Shown: one piece after another, positions 17,390-23,242 of the stretch
How the letters are laid out: every line of letters starts with the position of its first letter
Position numbering within the stretch: position 1 is the first letter of the stretch
Origin: Acerihabitans arboris
Lineage (GTDB): Bacteria > Pseudomonadota > Gammaproteobacteria > Enterobacterales > Enterobacteriaceae
Reading direction: 5' to 3'
Assembly: GCF_010131535.1 (NCBI RefSeq)
Contig: NZ_WUBS01000014.1
Coordinates: 93,216 to 133,215 of the forward strand
Length of the DNA stretch: 40,000 nt
The notes under the pieces: model-generated
Databases searched by the model: none
What the model was told of the DNA's origin: nothing
Seen by the model: only the letters and a program-made list of their open reading frames with translations
Translations under genes and position numbers: made by a program

Positions 17390-17673
17390 GCGAATGCACG
17401 CCGGTAACTTTCGATAAATGGCTTGATCAGCCCTCGCAAAAACAATCAAAACTTTCTCGCCGAAAGACAATGAGTGCACGCGATATTGCAAAACACGAAA
17501 AGACGTGGCAGGACGCAGCGGCGGCGATGGATCTGTTATTGACCAGCGAGATAGCTGATTTTTCTGCTGGCTTGGGAAATCCCGGCGAGCCAGAAACTCC
17601 GGAGGCGATCCAGGACGAATTGATGCGCCGGACAGACCAGTGTTTTGCGGTGGTTCACGGCAAACGGAAATGA
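17386..17673 (+). CDS. Hypothetical protein (95 aa)
   Basis: Coupled by ATGA at both ends (17386 and 17670). No family recognised. Confidence 0.55.
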   Translation: MSECTPVTFDKWLDQPSQKQSKLSRRKTMSARDIAKHEKTWQDAAAAMDLLLTSEIADFSAGLGNPGEPETPEAIQDELMRRTDQCFAVVHGKRK

Positions 17674-20030
17674 CAGATATCAACAGGGGCCGTCGCGCCC
17701 CTTCTCCGCCGCCGCCTTTCCCTGGTAGTCATGAAAAAAACATCACTTGGCCGTATTGGTGGAACGCGCCGCGTCCAGCCGTACGCCCGCCAGAATTGCC
17801 AACGTATGCCGAGAAGCACGCCCTAGATCGTGATCATTATGAAATGTGCACGGCGATTAACCGCGCCTATGAAATGCTTGATCAGCAACCGGAATTTATC
17901 CGCCGGTCGGTCATGGGAACCATTACCAGCCTGGAACATACCAACGGTGCCAAGCGCGCAAACATGTACTTAACGAAAACTTTTGTTGAGCGCATATTTC
18001 CGCGTTTAGATCTGGTCAATGCCCAATACAGGTTGGAGGCGAGAACGCTGGATAACGTCAATTTATTCTGGAGTTTTAATAAATTGGCCGATCTGGGCCG
18101 CAAGGAAACCGATCATTTAGCCGAAGACATTGCGCAATTTATCGCCTTGGAGCTGGGTGTTATATCGGAGTCATCCGCCGCCGATAACCTGAACGATTTC
18201 AAAACCGCCCTAGCGATGTATCGCCGGGCCGCAGAGATCACCCGCGGATTTCGGCAACCCGTACCAACCAAAGGTAAAAAAAATCTCACACTGGAAGATA
18301 TGACGCCGGTGATCTCGCGCATGTTCTCGCCTAAGTGGTGGCAAAACCGCTTGCGCCGATACTCCGCCATGTGGCGCGAGCATTTGCGGATCGCTTTCGG
18401 TCAGGTAAGCAAAAAAGACACCCCTTATGCCAGTAAAAACGCGGTAGGCGACTGGCGGGAGCAGAAACGCCGTACCCGTGAATTTCTTAAGGGGATGGAG
18501 CTTGAGGACGAGGAAGGCAACCGCATATCGCTGATTGAAAAATTTGATCACAGCGTGGCCAATCCGGCGATACGACGCTGCGAATTAATGAATCGCATCC
18601 GGGGATTTGAAAATATCTGCGAGCAGCAAGGTTATGTCGGTGAGTTCTATACCATGACCGCGCCGTCCAAATACCACGCCACCAATAAACACGGCCACCG
18701 CAATCCGAAGTGGGAAGGGGCCAGCCCGGCCGATACCCAAAAATACTTGCGGCGGACCTGGGCGGCCATTCGTGCAAAGCTTGCCCGCGATGGCATCAGT
18801 ATTTTCGGCATTCGCGTAGCCGAACCGCACCATGATGCCACCCCACACTGGCATATGCTGATGTTTATGAAACCTGAGCATGTCGGCGCCGTCCGGGAAG
18901 TTATGCAGGGTTACGTAACAAAAGAGGACGAGCACGAATTAGTCAACGCCAGGGCAAGAAAAGCCCGTTTTTGCGTTGAGGCTATCGACCCGGAAAAAGG
19001 AAGCGCCACCGGGTACATCGCAAAGTATATTTCGAAAAATATCGACGGGTATGCCCTGGACGATGAAATTGACGACGAAACCAAAAAGCCGCTTAAAGAT
19101 GTGGCCGCGTCCGTATCTGCATGGGCGGCACGCTGGCGCATTCGTCAATTTCAATTCATTGGCGGCGCCCCAGTGACCGTTTATCGCGAGTTACGCATGA
19201 TGGCCGATCATGAGACCGCGATCGGGCTGAGTATTGAGTTTGCCGCCGTTCATGATGCTGCTGATTTCGGCCATTGGGATGAGTACGTCAACGCCCAGGG
19301 CGGCCCGTTTGTGCGCCGCGAGAACCTTATTGTTAGAAATTGGTATGAGACCAACGAAGCGCTATCCCCTTACGGTGAAGAAGTGATCCGCATACGTGGC
19401 GTTTACACCCCGTTAGTAGGCATAGATTGCCCGATTATCACCAGGGCAAAGCAGTGGAAAATTGTCCGGAAACAGGCCGTTGACCTTGGTCTTTCGGGGG
19501 TTGACCTTAAGGGCGCGCCTGCGCCCTCTCGGAGTTCTGTCAATAACTGTACGGGGCCGGGGATCGGCCCGCAGGATGACGGAACGGGATCGAGTATGGC
19601 TATGCCCTTGACTATTGCGGACTTCAAAGCCATGACCCGCAAAGAACGCCGCCGGGCGCTGAAAAGAATCAGGCAAGAAACGCGGGAACTTCGGGATGCG
19701 CGGCGGCCAGCGCGCGCTGATTTTGGTGTGGATCCTGAAATGGCGGCAAGGATGCGTGACGCGGCTAGGACCGCGCTCGGGTTCGAACTAAGCCTGGGCG
19801 AAATTAAATTCCTGCTATCCGGTCATGCCATGAAAATAGGCGATGAGTATTTCAGTGGGCGTAGCGATGGTGAAATTTATTCCGCAAAACCGCCAACCGA
19901 CCCCCTTAAACGGTTCGAAAAATTGAAACGTCGGTACGGGCCGCCGCCTGAGTCTGAACGTGCGGCTATTTTAAGGCAATATTTTGAAAACCTGAAACCA
20001 GAAGACGGTATCGATCACAGCCAGATTTAA
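17670..20030 (+). CDS. gpA: Replication initiation endonuclease, P2 gpA family (HUH rolling-circle nickase)
   Basis: 786 aa from the ATG at 17670, which forms an ATGA overlap with the upstream ORF. The HUH motif PHWHMLMF has codons H-W-H at 18846-18854. A paired-tyrosine motif, GYIAKYISKN, has Y-x3-Y at 19014-19028, as in P2 A and phiX174 A. Confidence 0.9.
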   Translation: MTDINRGRRAPSPPPPFPGSHEKNITWPYWWNAPRPAVRPPELPTYAEKHALDRDHYEMCTAINRAYEMLDQQPEFIRRSVMGTITSLEHTNGAKRANMYLTKTFVERIFPRLDLVNAQYRLEARTLDNVNLFWSFNKLADLGRKETDHLAEDIAQFIALELGVISESSAADNLNDFKTALAMYRRAAEITRGFRQPVPTKGKKNLTLEDMTPVISRMFSPKWWQNRLRRYSAMWREHLRIAFGQVSKKDTPYASKNAVGDWREQKRRTREFLKGMELEDEEGNRISLIEKFDHSVANPAIRRCELMNRIRGFENICEQQGYVGEFYTMTAPSKYHATNKHGHRNPKWEGASPADTQKYLRRTWAAIRAKLARDGISIFGIRVAEPHHDATPHWHMLMFMKPEHVGAVREVMQGYVTKEDEHELVNARARKARFCVEAIDPEKGSATGYIAKYISKNIDGYALDDEIDDETKKPLKDVAASVSAWAARWRIRQFQFIGGAPVTVYRELRMMADHETAIGLSIEFAAVHDAADFGHWDEYVNAQGGPFVRRENLIVRNWYETNEALSPYGEEVIRIRGVYTPLVGIDCPIITRAKQWKIVRKQAVDLGLSGVDLKGAPAPSRSSVNNCTGPGIGPQDDGTGSSMAMPLTIADFKAMTRKERRRALKRIRQETRELRDARRPARADFGVDPEMAARMRDAARTALGFELSLGEIKFLLSGHAMKIGDEYFSGRSDGEIYSAKPPTDPLKRFEKLKRRYGPPPESERAAILRQYFENLKPEDGIDHSQI

Positions 20031-20138
20031 CTATGCAGACCGGCAAACATAGACGGATTCGTCTGTGCTGGCCACCGAGTAGCACAGGCATAAATAGCTG
20101 TGCTGCAGCAAAGACAAGAATGACGATGGAGGTCCGAT

Positions 20139-20828
20139 ATGGGGTATTTGGGGAGCAAAGGCGGCAGCGGCGTGTATCAAAAAATTATCAGCATGATGCC
20201 CAGGCACCGGATTTACATTGAAGCGTTTCTCGGGGAGGGGGCAATCATCCGCAATAAGCCGGCGGCTGAAAAAAACATCGGCTTTGATTTAAACGTGGAC
20301 GCCTTGATTTTCGTGAGAAATGAACTTTATCAGGCCGGAATTGAATTTCAGGGTTATCAGACCGATAGTATGGCCTCGCTCCGCGACTGGAAGCGCGGGG
20401 AGGTATTCAACTGGCAGGACGTTTTAATCTATGCTGACCCGCCTTATTTGCTGGAAACGCGGACCAGCGCCGCCCGCTATCAGCATGAATATACTGAGCC
20501 GCAGCATCACGCCATGATTGACACGTTGCGGGCGCTGCCGGGCGCCAGGGTGATGATAAGCGGCTACCGGTCGGATCTCTATGATTCGCTTTTATCTGAC
20601 TGGCGCCGGGAGGACTTCCAGGCCATGACGCGCGGTGGCGTGAGAACGGAAAGCGTCTGGCTCAATTTTGATGAGTCGGCGCCGGCCTATAGCCACTCAT
20701 TCGCCGGGCGGGATTATAAAGAGCGCCAGCGGATAAAGCGTAAGGCCGAGCGGTGGGCGGAAAAATACCGAAATTTACCGGAGCGGGAAAGACTGGCAAT
20801 TATGTCGGAAATGATGAAGGAAAAATAA
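20139..20828 (+). CDS. Second N6-adenine DNA methyltransferase (DPPY class), orphan
   Basis: 229 aa, with GGAGG located 6 nt upstream. The N-terminus has YLGSKGG, and IYADPPY has DPPY at 20436-20447. The C-terminal tail is basic. No adjacent restriction endonuclease gene. Confidence 0.8.
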   Translation: MGYLGSKGGSGVYQKIISMMPRHRIYIEAFLGEGAIIRNKPAAEKNIGFDLNVDALIFVRNELYQAGIEFQGYQTDSMASLRDWKRGEVFNWQDVLIYADPPYLLETRTSAARYQHEYTEPQHHAMIDTLRALPGARVMISGYRSDLYDSLLSDWRREDFQAMTRGGVRTESVWLNFDESAPAYSHSFAGRDYKERQRIKRKAERWAEKYRNLPERERLAIMSEMMKEK

Positions 20829-20845
20829 ACCCGCCGGCGGCGGGT
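20829..20845. terminator. Short GC hairpin between the convergent MTase and ogr genes
   Basis: ACCCGCCG-g-CGGCGGGT, immediately after the MTase stop and touching the ogr stop. No long T-run on either side, so terminator function is uncertain. Confidence 0.4.
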
Positions 20846-21108
20846 TAGACGCGGCCTTGTAAAAGGTCCAGGGCCATTTGCCGATCTTTTGGCTGAATTA
20901 AATTGAGTAGCGACCTGACCAAACCGTTACCAGTTTTAGCGCTTGGGCTTATTGTATGGGAAAACGTGACGTTCAAAACAAAGCTATGGCTGCATTCCAC
21001 GTCACTGCACTGGCAATATAAATCGGATAGGTGGACGTCTTTGCGATTTGTTTTGCGAATATTGGCCGCTGATCCGCATTCCGGGCAAAAAACTTTCATT
21101 ACGCGCAT
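20845..21108 (-). CDS. ogr: Ogr/Delta-type zinc-finger late-gene transcription activator
   Basis: From the ATG at 21108, preceded by GGAGGG 5 nt upstream, the protein reads MRVMKVFCPECGSAANIRKTNRKDVHLSDLYCQCSDVEC. This has the C-x2-C...C-x-C-x4-C cysteine pattern of Ogr/Delta/B activators. Confidence 0.8.
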   Translation of the reverse strand: MRVMKVFCPECGSAANIRKTNRKDVHLSDLYCQCSDVECSHSFVLNVTFSHTISPSAKTGNGLVRSLLNLIQPKDRQMALDLLQGRV

Positions 21109-21773
21109 GATAACCCTCCACAAAACACCCGGTTATTTTAACACCACTTTATAAAAAATGGCTATATAAACGGGCTATCATCGAACTCCCCGGTTCGCAT
21201 ATCGTTCAGTACATAAGTGACGGCACCCCAGCAGACGATGCAGCCAACCTCGCTAAAACACACCAACTTGCTGGGGTAGTCCAACAGTTCCAGGCTGCGG
21301 GCCAGGTAAAGTTCAAAACGCTACATTTTAAACGCGCCAGCTATTTCTGCAATGATAATGCTGCCGTCTAGCGGCATAAGGGATCTATCTAAGATGAGCA
21401 GGGCACCCTGGAAAATCTCCTGGCGGTTAGAGCATTCCCCTATGCGGGTGAAGAACGTCGCGGCGCCACTGGGATGTGTAGCACGTCCAGGCAGAGGCTT
21501 TGCTCAATTTAGGTTTGTACGGGTATAGGAAAACCCATTTTCGTCACCTAATGTCTGTAATTATATACAGTTAAGGATGTTGGGTTGAACTTTGGAGCTG
21601 AGAACAGTATAGGGGACGGACACTCGTAGGACATTGAGTCTAAAACAAATTTTATCCTTTTTATTCTCCAATAATCGCGTTAGGCAAGAAAATTCTAACA
21701 GCTATAAATTGCTTACTTTTTTTTTAAAAAAAGCATATTAATGATATGTGTTTTTTCATGTTAGGTGTCAATT

Positions 21774-22331
21774 ATGGCAAATCCAAGTTCGATAAGCAGA
21801 AGGTTGAATTCATTTTTTGGGGCATTACAGCATAATGATTTTGAAAACGCTTTTATTCATTATTTCCCAGCCTTAGATAAAACGGCAAAGCTCAGAAGGC
21901 CAAAGGAAAACGTATCTAAAAGAATAAAAGCATTTCTTACAGAAGAAGAAAAATTGCTATCCTTCATTGCGTTGGGTGGTTTTGTTGTGGGAAATACATT
22001 CAATGGTGTTTCTGTTATTGATGCATTATATAAATACGGAAGGACATCGATAGCACATGAAGGTGAACTAGATAAGAGATTGTCAGTGCAAGAGGGAAGA
22101 GGGGTATCATTCGGGGATGAATTTATTCTTGATAAAAAATATCTCAGTGCATTAGGAATCATTGTGATCCTTTCACCTGAAAATATTGGAGAACATTTAG
22201 AAGGAAATTATAATTTATACCTTATTGATAAATATATAAATGTAAATTCCTTGTGGGGTAGAAAGGAAGATGTTATTAAAAAAATAATTTCATTAGGTAT
22301 TAATGAAGAGACAATTAGATATTACCCATAA
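21774..22331 (+). CDS. AT-rich stand-alone cargo ORF with an R-x4-H (HEPN-like) motif; candidate abortive-infection/defence protein
   Basis: 185 aa from the ATG at 21774, with AGGTG 6 nt upstream; the GTG at 21765 would give 188 aa. The motif YGRTSIAHEGEL has Arg at 22041-22043 and His at 22056-22058. The ORF is visibly far more AT-rich than the flanking phage genes. It has its own upstream non-coding leader and a downstream hairpin. The family assignment is an inference. Confidence 0.5.
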   Translation: MANPSSISRRLNSFFGALQHNDFENAFIHYFPALDKTAKLRRPKENVSKRIKAFLTEEEKLLSFIALGGFVVGNTFNGVSVIDALYKYGRTSIAHEGELDKRLSVQEGRGVSFGDEFILDKKYLSALGIIVILSPENIGEHLEGNYNLYLIDKYINVNSLWGRKEDVIKKIISLGINEETIRYYP

Positions 22332-22338
22332 ATTATAA

Positions 22339-22394
22339 TTAAGATTTTAGTGTGTGGCCGCCACAAATTTTGGTGGCCACAATAATAATCTTAA
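22339..22394. terminator. Bidirectional stem-loop between convergent cargo genes
   Basis: TTAAGATT (22339-22346) pairs with AATCTTAA (22387-22394), and TGTGGCC (22353-22359) pairs with GGCCACA (22375-22381). The internal loop contains a GTGGCCAC palindrome. Confidence 0.5.
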
Positions 22395-22420
22395 GCGAGC
22401 TTTTTTGATGTTACTTTGAT

Positions 22421-23242
22421 TTAGCTGAATCTTGCATTGTTTAGCTCGTAATCAGCCGCTAACACTTCATTTGGCATCAAGTCTATGTTGCTCAGGATAT
22501 CGAGTCTCACACGGTAAAAGGCGCCACTGAACGCTGCAGCATATCCCCCATCAGTGCCTACATAATGACTTGTGGGCGGAAAGGTCGGCAGGGTTGCAGG
22601 GTAAGTCTGAGTGCTCGATGTGTAAACAAGCACGCCATCGAGGTAAACGTAAAACACAAAAGATGTGCCGTCGTCTGCAACTTTGCATCGAACAGCAATT
22701 TGATGCACCCCTCCGCCCATCATGCCGTTTAAAACAGTTCCAACTGAAAGATCTACGCCCAATACCACAATTTGCGTGCGTGCCAGCGTAGTTAAATCAC
22801 CAGCCGCTGCTACCAGGCGGATTTCGCAAATCTTTTCCGATGCTGTCGTGCGGGAACTGCCTACAAGAAAAATATTGTTGTTAGTACTGGTGTTTCCCAC
22901 CTGGTTGATTTTCAGCCAAATTGTGTACATCCAGTCTTTATCAGTTAAGGCCGGAACGGCTACGGCTGGCAATTGGAATTGACTACCCGACGCGCCCGCC
23001 CATAGCATGCCCCCATTTGCATAAGTGTGCGCTTTTGCAAACACGCCTACAGAATTTTCGTATGACAGGCTTTTTATCTGCGAGCCAGCAACGACATTTT
23101 TTTTGCCGCCACTCCAAGTGATACCGCAGTCGAACGGGCCAATAGTTCCCGCGTTCATCGTGGAGTCACGATAGAGTTTCTCGCCGGTGTCAATAGTGAC
23201 ACCGGTTAACTGTTCTATTTTTCCAGCCATTATTGAACCCAT
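22421..23242 (-). CDS. LamG / concanavalin-A-like lectin-fold protein (putative carbohydrate-binding)
   Basis: 273 aa. Segments such as NNIFLVGSS...EIRLVAAAGDL...HQIAVRCKVADDGTSFVFYVYLDGVLVYTS look like a Laminin-G_3 beta-sandwich. An alternative start at 23230 gives a TAATG overlap with the upstream ORF. Confidence 0.55.
   Translation of the reverse strand: MGSIMAGKIEQLTGVTIDTGEKLYRDSTMNAGTIGPFDCGITWSGGKKNVVAGSQIKSLSYENSVGVFAKAHTYANGGMLWAGASGSQFQLPAVAVPALTDKDWMYTIWLKINQVGNTSTNNNIFLVGSSRTTASEKICEIRLVAAAGDLTTLARTQIVVLGVDLSVGTVLNGMMGGGVHQIAVRCKVADDGTSFVFYVYLDGVLVYTSSTQTYPATLPTFPPTSHYVGTDGGYAAAFSGAFYRVRLDILSNIDLMPNEVLAADYELNNARFS

Noticed and set aside
20033-20221. 62-aa ORF between gpA and the second methyltransferase.
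   Set aside because: It has no SD sequence and overlaps the MTase start, which has a GGAGG SD. Its translation is Arg/Cys-rich and low in complexity. The region is better explained as a structured leader with CTGTGCT repeats.
21462-21484. GGCGCCACTGGGATGTGTAGCAC, as a possible cohesive-end (cos) sequence. It starts with GGCG and ends with AGCAC, like the 19-nt P2 end as I recall it.
   Set aside because: Its length (23 versus 19 nt) and its interior do not match. The resemblance is limited to a few terminal bases, and it cannot be confirmed without alignments or virion end sequencing.
21162-21503. Possible pseudogene on the minus strand: one frame is open for 60 + 52 codons with a single in-frame TAG (plus-strand coordinates 21321-21323).
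   Set aside because: There is no start codon or SD sequence, and I recognise no family in the translation (...ATFFTRIGECSNRQEIFQGALLILDRSLMPLDGSIIIAEIAGAFKM*RFELYLARSLELLDYPSKLVCF...). Open stretches of this length can arise by chance at this GC content. I kept it only as one option in the non-coding-region finding.
21716-21733. The C-T9-A7-G tract and the nearby TTGCTT (21709-21714), as a defined promoter for the HEPN-like ORF.
   Set aside because: I could not place a good -10 hexamer at 16-19 bp from TTGCTT. AT-rich DNA gives many weak hexamer matches. I therefore report it only as a notable palindromic or bent-DNA tract, not as a promoter call.
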